A DNA stretch of 64,000 nt. Origin: Candidatus Bathyarchaeota archaeon (GTDB taxonomy: Archaea; Thermoproteota; Bathyarchaeia; Bathyarchaeales; Bathycorpusculaceae). Positions 20,373 through 28,829 of the stretch are shown piece after piece. Location of the stretch: positions 139,220 through 203,219 of the forward strand of contig CAWGYA010000006.1 in NCBI GenBank assembly GCA_963826715.1, in the 5' to 3' direction. A program made the position numbers and the translations under genes. Numbering within the stretch: the stretch's first letter is position 1; each line of letters begins with the position of its first letter. The notes beneath the pieces are model-generated. The model saw only the letters and a list, made by a program, of their open reading frames with translations. It was not told the DNA's origin and made no database searches.

Positions 20373-20493
20373 TTTGATCACTTGGATTATTTGTATACAG
20401 CTAAGCAAGGCAGGTAATAAATTTTTTATAAAAAAACATAGATAATTTACATTAACTACAACCTTTTATAAGCCAAAACTGTAATAATTACAT

Positions 20494-21003
20494 ATGAGCT
20501 CTAAATTAGATGAAAAAGACATTGCAATCTTAACCCTTATACAAGAAAACAGCAAACTCACCGCCAACCAAATTGCCAAAAAAATCATTTGCCCAATCAC
20601 AACTGTGTTCGCCAAAATCAAAAGAATGGAAGAACTCGGCGTTATTAAACAATACCGCGCCATCCTCGACCCAACAAAACTTAACTTGTCCACCTCCGCT
20701 TTCATCTTAGCCGCAGTATCCTACGGAACAAAAAACGATGGAAACCCCCTCTCCCAACGCGACGTCGCCGAAGAAATAGCCCATTTCCCCGAGGTGCAAG
20801 AAGTCCATATTATTACTGGAGATTGGGATTTACTAGTGAAGTTACGGGCAGAAAACGTAGATGCTGTTGGAAGGTTTGTGGTGGATAAGCTGCGTCGCAT
20901 CAAAGGATTAGAGAAAACTCTAACATGCATGGTGTTTGAAACGGTTAAGGAAAGCACCAGCCTCCCCCAAGTCGTCAAAAAAAATCCCCTTCTTATCAAA
21001 TGA
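20494..21003 (+). CDS. Lrp/AsnC family transcriptional regulator
   Basis: LDEKDIAIL N-terminal HTH; EVHIITGDWDLLVK RAM domain; divergent from asnA. Confidence 0.93.
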   Translation: MSSKLDEKDIAILTLIQENSKLTANQIAKKIICPITTVFAKIKRMEELGVIKQYRAILDPTKLNLSTSAFILAAVSYGTKNDGNPLSQRDVAEEIAHFPEVQEVHIITGDWDLLVKLRAENVDAVGRFVVDKLRRIKGLEKTLTCMVFETVKESTSLPQVVKKNPLLIK

Positions 21004-21432
21004 CTAAGCAGAGCTGGAATAATAGAGCAAAGGAAGCGCTAATAGGACCGTATTTTTACCCTTCTCTGTCAAAGCGTAGGCGACACGAAGAGGAGGCCCA
21101 GCAGTGACGTTGCGGGTTATATAGCCGTGCGTTTGCAGGATCTTGAGTTTATCTGAGAGGGTACGGGAGTTAACACCCAATGTTTTCTTGATTTCACCAA
21201 AACCTATGCCGCTCTTTAGCAGCAAGGTGTAGAGAATTTCAAGGCTCCATCTCTGAAAGAGTAAGTTAAAGCTGTCCTGTAGGCTTTCAACTTCATCTTT
21301 GAGTTCAGTGGGGGTTATTTTCTGTGTTTCTATGATTTGGTTGAAAGTCTCCTCAACGCCGCGCAGAACCTGGTTCATGCGGGCTTCAACGATTCTGCGA
21401 AATTCTGCACTCAATGTTAAGGGAGCACTCAT
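21004..21432 (-). CDS. HxlR-family wHTH regulator
   Basis: RWSLEIL, F.EIK, SRTLSDKLK, P.RV.YALTEKG. Confidence 0.88.
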   Translation of the reverse strand: MSAPLTLSAEFRRIVEARMNQVLRGVEETFNQIIETQKITPTELKDEVESLQDSFNLLFQRWSLEILYTLLLKSGIGFGEIKKTLGVNSRTLSDKLKILQTHGYITRNVTAGPPLRVAYALTEKGKNTVLLALPLLYYSSSA

Positions 21433-21533
21433 GGCTATACACTCGGTGTGGTTTTGCTCACTTCATAATTTATAAGCGTTTACTAATACAACAAGGTATA
21501 CAAAGTAAAGTTAACAGTGGAGAAAAACAAGCC

Positions 21534-22898
21534 ATGGAAAAATATGACGCCGTAGTTGTTGGCGCAGGAACAGCAGGTTGCTTAGCAGCAAAAACAATAG
21601 CTGAAAAGGGTCTCAAAGTGGCACTCATCGAAAAAAAACCCAAGGAAGAAATCGGAGAAAAAATCTGCGGTGACGCGCTTGGTGAGCACCACCTTAAATT
21701 TTTGGGACTTGAAAAACCTCAAGGCGGTGAATTGGAAGCAAAAATCGACGGTATCAAAATCTTTTCGCCTGACGAAAACACAGTTTTTACAATAGCAGAT
21801 AAAGACTTTATAGGATATCTTCTCAACAGACGCCTCTTTGGGCAATGGCTCCTCAAAAAAGCCACCGACAGCGGTGCAGAACTAAAAGATAATATGAATT
21901 TCCGAACAGCCTTATTTGAGAAAGGCGCAGTTGTTGGAATAACCACCAAAAATATGAAGACAGACAAGATCACAGAAATACGCAGCAAAGTAGTCGTCGA
22001 TGCGACCGGCTACTTTGGCATGGTACGCAAACAACTACCATTAGAGATGGGAATAGACCGAGACATAGCAAACGAAGACGTTGAAGCATGTTACCGAGAA
22101 ATCCGCCAACTAAAACAAGAAACAGAAAATACTCGCTTCTGCGAAATCTACCTTAATCAAAAGGCATCGCCGGGCGGCTACGTATGGATTTTTCCGAAGG
22201 GGGGCGCAAGAGTCAACGTAGGAATCGGCACATGCATGCGCAAAACTGGATATCCGAATCCCAGAGATCAACTCTACCAAACTGCTTTCAAAAAACCAAT
22301 GTTTGACGGCTCTCTCATGCTAACCGGCGGCTCATGGTTTGACCCAGTCCGAAGACCACTCGACAACATGGTTTCAAACGGTATCGTATTGGTCGGCGAT
22401 GCAGCTTCGCTCGTCAACCCAATTCACGGCGGAGGAATAGGACCCTCAATGCTTAGCGGTTACTTCGCAGGACAACAAATCATAGAAGCACTTGAAAACG
22501 GCGAACCCACCAAAGAAGCACTATGGGGGTACAACAAACGATACATCGACACCTACGGCAAAAAACAGGGCACCCTCGACATTTTCAAAATGTTTCTGCT
22601 GTCCTGCAGCGATGATGACCTCAACTACGGCATGAACGAGAAACTCATGACTGAAGACGACGTCCTCAAAGCAGGCATGGGCGACGATTTCCACTTAAAC
22701 ATCACCGAAACCGCCAAACGCGTCTTCCGAGGAATACGCCGCGTCGGATTCTTGAACAAACTACGTTTAACAGTAACGATGATGCGTGGACTCAGCGCAC
22801 ACTACAATACATATCCCTCCACTCCGATTGGCTTTGATGAGTGGCGTAAACAAACAATCAAGTTGATTGAAGAAGGTCGAGAAAAACTCGTAGCCTAA
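21534..22898 (+). CDS. Digeranylgeranylglycerophospholipid (geranylgeranyl) reductase family
   Basis: GAGTAG, KICGD, PGGYVWIFP and GDAA...NPIHGGGI motifs; start reassigned to ATG 21534. Confidence 0.9.
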   Translation: MEKYDAVVVGAGTAGCLAAKTIAEKGLKVALIEKKPKEEIGEKICGDALGEHHLKFLGLEKPQGGELEAKIDGIKIFSPDENTVFTIADKDFIGYLLNRRLFGQWLLKKATDSGAELKDNMNFRTALFEKGAVVGITTKNMKTDKITEIRSKVVVDATGYFGMVRKQLPLEMGIDRDIANEDVEACYREIRQLKQETENTRFCEIYLNQKASPGGYVWIFPKGGARVNVGIGTCMRKTGYPNPRDQLYQTAFKKPMFDGSLMLTGGSWFDPVRRPLDNMVSNGIVLVGDAASLVNPIHGGGIGPSMLSGYFAGQQIIEALENGEPTKEALWGYNKRYIDTYGKKQGTLDIFKMFLLSCSDDDLNYGMNEKLMTEDDVLKAGMGDDFHLNITETAKRVFRGIRRVGFLNKLRLTVTMMRGLSAHYNTYPSTPIGFDEWRKQTIKLIEEGREKLVA

Positions 22899-23294
22899 AC
22901 ATCAACCTACCCCTTTTCCACAGATTTTTTTGTAATCTCACAGTTGTTTCACTATTTCTTCAATTGCAATCTACCATTCTATTAATAATGATTGAGTATG
23001 AACTCTAAAAGCAAACTCAACATTCTTCACTACCACAACCTAACCAAACCATGCATAAAGTGAACAAAAAATCAAGCGCCCCACAACCAAAACACAATCA
23101 AAAAACAAACCAAAACAAAAAACCAACCCAAACCACAACCCAAGAAGTGAAAAAACCAAAAACCCCACAACCATGCAAAACAAAAAAACCGATTTACCAA
23201 TTTTACATGAACTTAAGTAATAGTAAAGTAGAACGCAGCTATGTTGAAAAGCTTAAATTCTGATTGCCACATGCATAATTACTGGTGACAAAAA

Positions 23295-23666
23295 ATGGTC
23301 TATTGCTCAAAGTGTGGTGCCCAAATCGCTGAAGACGCATATTTCTGCCCTAAATGCGGCACTAAAACTCAAGCAGGCAAAAACGCCAAAGTAACCTACC
23401 CCACAGACGAAATCCAAGATGCATTCTATCGCGTCGGAACCGAACTGGAACGGGCTTTCACGATTGCCGCCCACGAAACCCACGCCGCCCTCAAACGCGC
23501 AAGCGAAAACATACAGCAGAAAACCAGCTCCTCAGAAACCAACGAAACCAAACAAGAGAAAACAATTATCTGTCCCAACTGCGGAGCCAAAAACATGCAA
23601 GGCACATTTTTTTGTTTTAGCTGCGGCAAAAAAATAGTGGTTGAGGATTCCCCTGCAAACACATAA
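23295..23666 (+). CDS. Double zinc-ribbon protein
   Basis: CSKCG..FCPKCG and CPNCG..FCFSCG. Confidence 0.85.
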   Translation: MVYCSKCGAQIAEDAYFCPKCGTKTQAGKNAKVTYPTDEIQDAFYRVGTELERAFTIAAHETHAALKRASENIQQKTSSSETNETKQEKTIICPNCGAKNMQGTFFCFSCGKKIVVEDSPANT

Positions 23667-24150
23667 GATAAATCAGAACAAAACGCTCATCGTCTATGAG
23701 AGCAAACAAGGAGCCAGTAAAGAGGCAGCGGGGATAATTGCTGAAGTGCTGTGTAACAAATTTCAGTTGGAAGTTGACCTGGTAGACCTCAAAGAGCAGG
23801 AAAACCCGGATTTGACTCAATACCACAACATAGTCATCGGTACTGGTGTTAGAGGCGGCAGAATCTACGGCAAAGCACTAAAGATCATAGAAAGAGACCT
23901 CGGTGACAAGCGTGTGGCTTTTTTTGTTTGTTGCTCATGGGCAGGAACTCCAGGAAGCTATGACAACGCAAAAACCCGATTCATCGACAAAAACCTCGCT
24001 AAACATCCCAACATAAATTTTGTCGCGTCAGAAGCCTTCGGCGGACGAATCAAATACTTCAGAAGACTGATGCTCGACAACACCGACCCCAAAAAAGTCC
24101 AAGCTTGGGCGGAAAAACTGGGCGAATCCTTTTCACAACAAATACTTTAG
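23641..24150 (+). CDS. Flavodoxin-domain protein (HemG/Flavodoxin_5-like)
   Basis: TLIVYESKQGAS, VIGTGV, VAFF and FGG motifs; real start uncertain (ATA at 23668?). Confidence 0.82.
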   Translation: MRIPLQTHKINQNKTLIVYESKQGASKEAAGIIAEVLCNKFQLEVDLVDLKEQENPDLTQYHNIVIGTGVRGGRIYGKALKIIERDLGDKRVAFFVCCSWAGTPGSYDNAKTRFIDKNLAKHPNINFVASEAFGGRIKYFRRLMLDNTDPKKVQAWAEKLGESFSQQIL

Positions 24151-24171
24151 CTACGAAATGGGCGAAGAAAG

Positions 24172-24384
24172 TTGAAAAAAAATTCACCCAATAAGACCTC
24201 ATATACAAAGGCTGGAGCGCTGCTTTGCCCAGTATGCTGTATTGAATACATAGAGGTAGAGTTTGATTTTGAATTTGACGGTGTGGTTCTACATAACGTT
24301 AAGGCGCTTCGATGTCCTATCTGCGAGGAAGAGATTTTTTCACCTGAACAACAGGAAACAATAAGAAAAAAAATCGGCGTTTAA
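24172..24384 (+). CDS. YgiT-type zinc finger protein
   Basis: CPVC...NVKALRCPICEEEIF. Confidence 0.7.
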   Translation: MKKNSPNKTSYTKAGALLCPVCCIEYIEVEFDFEFDGVVLHNVKALRCPICEEEIFSPEQQETIRKKIGV

Positions 24385-24387
24385 ATT

Positions 24388-24756
24388 CTATAGTGTTTTC
24401 TTGAATTTTTTTCTTTCTTTTAGCTTGCCAAACCTCAAAGCAGCCCTAATTAACCGTTCGAGCGCTTCAAAATCAGTGTGCTGAATTGTCCGCTCTTCTT
24501 GGACTATATAATTACCTTTTTTGGCCTGGACAACGAAACGTTCGAACTCGTCCTCTAAAATATCCCGTGTCATTATTAGTGAACCATTGAGTAGTCGACG
24601 CTCGCACGTAAGACAGTATTCGAAATCAAACCCGACCTTGCGCCCCTTCGAGTTTCCTTCGCCAAAGTATTTAGTGTCTGAGAGCTTGATGAAGTTAACG
24701 TCGTCGAATTCTATGAAGGAAACGTGGGTTTTTTTGGTTTGGTGCTTATGGCGCAA
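24388..24756 (-). CDS. Hypothetical protein
   Basis: 122-aa ORF with GAGG upstream; no motif recognised. Confidence 0.5.
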   Translation of the reverse strand: MRHKHQTKKTHVSFIEFDDVNFIKLSDTKYFGEGNSKGRKVGFDFEYCLTCERRLLNGSLIMTRDILEDEFERFVVQAKKGNYIVQEERTIQHTDFEALERLIRAALRFGKLKERKKFKKTL

Positions 24757-24898
24757 ACTTGCTTCCTCTGCAGCTAATTACTTAATGATTATTCATATGT
24801 CTTTACACTTAGCCACACAACTAACGAGGCAAACATACGGCTAAGCAAAAATAGCTAATGCCATTTTAAAAACTGACATAAAAAAACCGAGCCGCAAC

Positions 24899-27304
24899 CT
24901 ATGATCTCTTTTCCAAAACCAATTTTTCGTTGTCAAACATGTATTCGCCGAATCTTGTTGTGTAATAGACCCGAAGATATTCTGCTGCGAACTGTGGACT
25001 AAAAGGAAGATCTGAAGGTACTAGCTTCTCTTTTTCTCTCAGGCGTTCTGTTATCGCTGCTTCCGCCACCGGATAATTCATAAGCAACTCTTTACGCTCT
25101 GCATACGCCGCCACCGTTTGCACTGCTTCAGCAATGTAGCTTAAGTAAAGAGGAAGACTCTCCATGATTTGGTTTATACGTTGCCCTGTTGGGTTACTCA
25201 TCTGCTGCGTAGCTATCTCCAGCCGCTCCCTAAGTGAACCATTTTTCTGCCACATATAATCTTTAGTGGGCAAAAGGCGCTCTATGATTTCTTCATCCGA
25301 AACCATCTCGTTGTATAACATCAAAAGAACGTCGTTTGCCATCTCAATAAAACCCATTACATCATCATGTAAGGAAACCAGGTCTAAAACATCAAGGTTG
25401 ATTTTTTCTGCGCGCATTTGAGCAGTTAATTTCATATTCTCAGCTTTCTTTGCATAACCAAGTACCTTAGTGGTCTCTTCGCCGAAAACCGCAGGCAAAA
25501 CCTCGTTTTGGCAACTCAAATCCGCGATAGGTTTTAATGAAGTCTGCAGATACCTCAATGTAGCTTGGATATCCTTGCCATACTGGCGTTTCCAATTGTT
25601 AACTGCGTTATAAAGAGCCTCAACTGCGCTCCAAGGCGCTTCCTTCTTCTCCAGTTTCGCGTTAGCAAACTCCACTGCGTAACTTTTTGGCGGCAACGAT
25701 TGATCATAGAGGGGCCGAATAATATTGTATATTGGTTCCACTGTAGTTGAAACTTCTCTAACAAGCACCACTCCCGCATCCAAAATTTGTTTTGTTTTTT
25801 CTAAACGCTGCTCCAAAGGCAAATCTTTCTGAAAATCAATTATAGCTGAGGTTTTGATGTCTAAACCTGCAGCTTTAAGTTTTCCAACCCAATTGGAAAG
25901 TTCTCCCATAGAGTAAATTTGGTATTCAGCAAGTATGACGTTGAGTTCATCTTCAATTGCATCGCGATCTTTTCCAAGCAGATCAAGCGCTAAGAACCTG
26001 TCATTTATGTCAGCTTGGCTTAACTCGTGCAAAGTTGCTGCCTTCAGAACCTCAGAAACGGAATCTTTAAGCACCAATGCTTTGCCTTGAGGTGAAGTTA
26101 TAACCACGGGGCAACTGTTTTTTACAAGTTCAATTTGACTTTCGAGCAACACGATTTTATCGAGCAATGCTTGAGATTTGTCGATAATCTCCTGGTTTGT
26201 AGCCTGTGGTTTAGGTGCTGGATCAATAAAAAGCACAGGCAAAGTCAACAGCAGTGTACTAAATATTCCCAAAATTATCGTTGTGATCCCCACATCAGCA
26301 GTAAATGCTAATGGCTTCTGAAGAGAATATAATAAAACAAAGAAAATAGCTGCTGCAACGGTTGCAGTGAAGCAGGAGAAGAACTTGTCACTTGATCGCA
26401 AAATGCCCTCGCTGACCAACAACCGAGTGAAGAAAATCAAAGCTAACGCAAGTCCAGCAATAATAACAATAAACATGACTATACCTGGAATTGAATCAAG
26501 ATACTGTGAAAATGCATCAGCAAGGGTTCGTCCATTCCAATTAGGAATCCAGGTTAGCTGTCCAGCAATGTCAAAGATGAATTTTGAAGTGTCATACAAC
26601 CTGAATTGCGTAATGGAAAGTGTAAGGTCCTTGGCAATGTCGCTTAATGAGACAAATAATGGAGGAGCCGCCCCCGCCTGAACCCACCAGTCATCTCGAA
26701 CAATATTGATAACAACGTATTGATAGTACTGCACCAACTGAAGAGGAACAGAAATCAAAACATAGTAGACTACAGTTAAGCCAACGTATTTTTTGAAGAA
26801 TACCGCTGAAGCAATAATTAGGGGAATAGCCAAAAAATAGATAGGAGCATAAAAAAGCGAAATAACAGCGAGTATCCCGAAATCTATAGCGAGAGCGCTT
26901 TTGTAACGATTAAAAAATAAAGGTAAACAAATAAACAACGTCATCCAAACAACCAGAAATGCAACACGAACAGTTGTATCCCCTAAAAACGAAATGAAAT
27001 ATAGCTGTGAAAGATGATAGAACAAACCAAGCCCCAATATGGCACCTCCAATTGGCATGCCAAAGCTAGGTTTTCTGTAGGTAGCAAAAGCCACCAAAAC
27101 TGCAATCAAAATTGGCAAGGGCTGAGGAAATAGTGAAAGGTATGACATCCCCAACGCCATTGCAATTACAGTGATTAGGAAAGTAAGTAATTTTATTCCT
27201 TGGGTTTCGGTGCTGCGCAAAAGTGCCTCTTTTTCCTTTGCTTTTTTCTTTCGATTCTGATTCCAAGAATTTATCTCAGAGAGCTTAAACGAGGGCTTTT
27301 TCAA
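24899..27304 (-). CDS. Polytopic membrane protein (roughly 9 TM) with long helical cytoplasmic domain
   Basis: Hydrophobic helices in residues ~38-360, then ~440 aa helical region; terminal segment is winged-helix-like. Confidence 0.8.
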   Translation of the reverse strand: MKKPSFKLSEINSWNQNRKKKAKEKEALLRSTETQGIKLLTFLITVIAMALGMSYLSLFPQPLPILIAVLVAFATYRKPSFGMPIGGAILGLGLFYHLSQLYFISFLGDTTVRVAFLVVWMTLFICLPLFFNRYKSALAIDFGILAVISLFYAPIYFLAIPLIIASAVFFKKYVGLTVVYYVLISVPLQLVQYYQYVVINIVRDDWWVQAGAAPPLFVSLSDIAKDLTLSITQFRLYDTSKFIFDIAGQLTWIPNWNGRTLADAFSQYLDSIPGIVMFIVIIAGLALALIFFTRLLVSEGILRSSDKFFSCFTATVAAAIFFVLLYSLQKPLAFTADVGITTIILGIFSTLLLTLPVLFIDPAPKPQATNQEIIDKSQALLDKIVLLESQIELVKNSCPVVITSPQGKALVLKDSVSEVLKAATLHELSQADINDRFLALDLLGKDRDAIEDELNVILAEYQIYSMGELSNWVGKLKAAGLDIKTSAIIDFQKDLPLEQRLEKTKQILDAGVVLVREVSTTVEPIYNIIRPLYDQSLPPKSYAVEFANAKLEKKEAPWSAVEALYNAVNNWKRQYGKDIQATLRYLQTSLKPIADLSCQNEVLPAVFGEETTKVLGYAKKAENMKLTAQMRAEKINLDVLDLVSLHDDVMGFIEMANDVLLMLYNEMVSDEEIIERLLPTKDYMWQKNGSLRERLEIATQQMSNPTGQRINQIMESLPLYLSYIAEAVQTVAAYAERKELLMNYPVAEAAITERLREKEKLVPSDLPFSPQFAAEYLRVYYTTRFGEYMFDNEKLVLEKRS

Positions 27305-27348
27305 GCAATTTACCTAAACCTTATTTTAAGTAAACTCACTTAAAGCTT
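27305..27348. promoter_or_regulatory. Compact bidirectional promoter with a shared TATA element (TTATTTTAAGTAA)
   Basis: Only 44 bp between divergent starts; central AT box ~20-28 bp from both starts. Confidence 0.45.
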
Positions 27349-28773
27349 ATGCAGGTACCTCGGATGAAAGACGAAAAAGGCTCCTTTAGTATACTAGCAA
27401 GCATCGAAAAGCACATTGAATCGCTAAAACCGCTACAGGCTAAACAAGCAATAATTTGCATCGGAGAATACCCCATAAAAGTTGTTCTAAAGGAGCCAAA
27501 CGTAAACCGAAATGGCATTCTGCCTATCTTTATGGAAAAATCTAGCGATGATATTTACAAATGGATACCCAAAGGATATGAACCGTATTTGGTGATTGGT
27601 TTTGAAGAAGCAAAAATAGACACCCACTTCTGGTACAACGTACTGCCCACCATCGCACAGGATAACTCCATCATTGATAGCCTAAAGAAAAAATCCGCCG
27701 AGAAGCTTCGAGGGGCAATGCTCTTCGCCACCATCTCAGACGGGATTGGGAGCGCCGCTGTGCCAAGTTTAATATCTAAGTTTAAGGCTCAAAACATCGA
27801 TACCCTATCAATCGCAGTTATGCCCGCCCAGATTCAACCAGCAGATGCTCACTTTAATGCTTACTCAACGTTGCAAATATGTTTGGCAACAGAAGGCTCT
27901 ACATTATTACTTTTAGACAGAGACTATTTGGAGACTTTCGATGGTGTAGACAGAAAAGGTATACAGCTCAAAGGCAACACTGTTGTCAATTATCTTTTGA
28001 ACGTCTTTTTGGATAACGAGCTACTGGTGCAGGAGGTGGCTGAGTTGTCAAGAACTTTCAACGTTAAATTATTTGGTGCCTTAACAGTTACAGCGGCAAG
28101 CTACAAGATTTATGGTTCACTCAAGAATATGCTTAACGCTGCGCTACTAAAACCGCTTTCAAAATTTGATTTATCAAGCGCCTCGCTACTTTATGTGCTC
28201 TTGCGTATGCCCTTACAGTTAAGAGAAAAAATTCCAAGAGCTCAGATCGAGCTAGAAATAACAAAGTGGTTTAAAGAAAAAACAACTCTCCAATCTATTC
28301 ACATATCTGAGCCAGTTTACACAGATGATAACAGCGACCGCATTGATGCTGTTCTCTTAATTGGAGGCTTTGACACTAACAAGATGTTTGCAGAGGTAGA
28401 ACCTAAGCTTCAGAAACTCAAGCGAATAGCTGTAGAAAAGGGATATATGACTGAGAATTGGAAATCTCTAATCAAAATCGAAGAGAACCTCAATCCTAAA
28501 ACCCCACATACAATAGAACATCCTCAAAGCATTGTTGAAATATCAAACATAGAAACCAAATCTGTTCCTATTCACAACGCAAAAGAGGTTAGAACAAAAA
28601 CTATTAATAAAAACGCTAAAGAAGAAAAAACCCTCAAACAGAAAAAAATACAGCGAACAAAAAAAACCAAAGTCCAAAAAGAAACTACAACCGCAAAACA
28701 GCTTGAAACCACCGAAACAGGAGTACCATTGAAGCCTCAAAGGCGTAAAAGAACACGAAATTCTAAAGTTTGA
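27349..28773 (+). CDS. Divergent FtsZ/tubulin-fold protein with degenerate GTP-binding motifs and Lys-rich tail
   Basis: IICIGE (T1), ISDGIGSA (T4 variant), IAVMP...NA, LLLDRDYL, LLKPLSKFDLSSA and DRIDAVLLIGGF follow the FtsZ motif order. Confidence 0.7.
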   Translation: MQVPRMKDEKGSFSILASIEKHIESLKPLQAKQAIICIGEYPIKVVLKEPNVNRNGILPIFMEKSSDDIYKWIPKGYEPYLVIGFEEAKIDTHFWYNVLPTIAQDNSIIDSLKKKSAEKLRGAMLFATISDGIGSAAVPSLISKFKAQNIDTLSIAVMPAQIQPADAHFNAYSTLQICLATEGSTLLLLDRDYLETFDGVDRKGIQLKGNTVVNYLLNVFLDNELLVQEVAELSRTFNVKLFGALTVTAASYKIYGSLKNMLNAALLKPLSKFDLSSASLLYVLLRMPLQLREKIPRAQIELEITKWFKEKTTLQSIHISEPVYTDDNSDRIDAVLLIGGFDTNKMFAEVEPKLQKLKRIAVEKGYMTENWKSLIKIEENLNPKTPHTIEHPQSIVEISNIETKSVPIHNAKEVRTKTINKNAKEEKTLKQKKIQRTKKTKVQKETTTAKQLETTETGVPLKPQRRKRTRNSKV

Positions 28774-28829
28774 ACCTAAAAAACTTGATTTAACAAAAAG
28801 TTGGGAGCAGATGAACTGCTTCAGATAGA

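Noticed and set aside
23051-23263. 70-aa K/Q/T/P-rich ORF
   Set aside because: By-product of an A/C-rich low-complexity tract.
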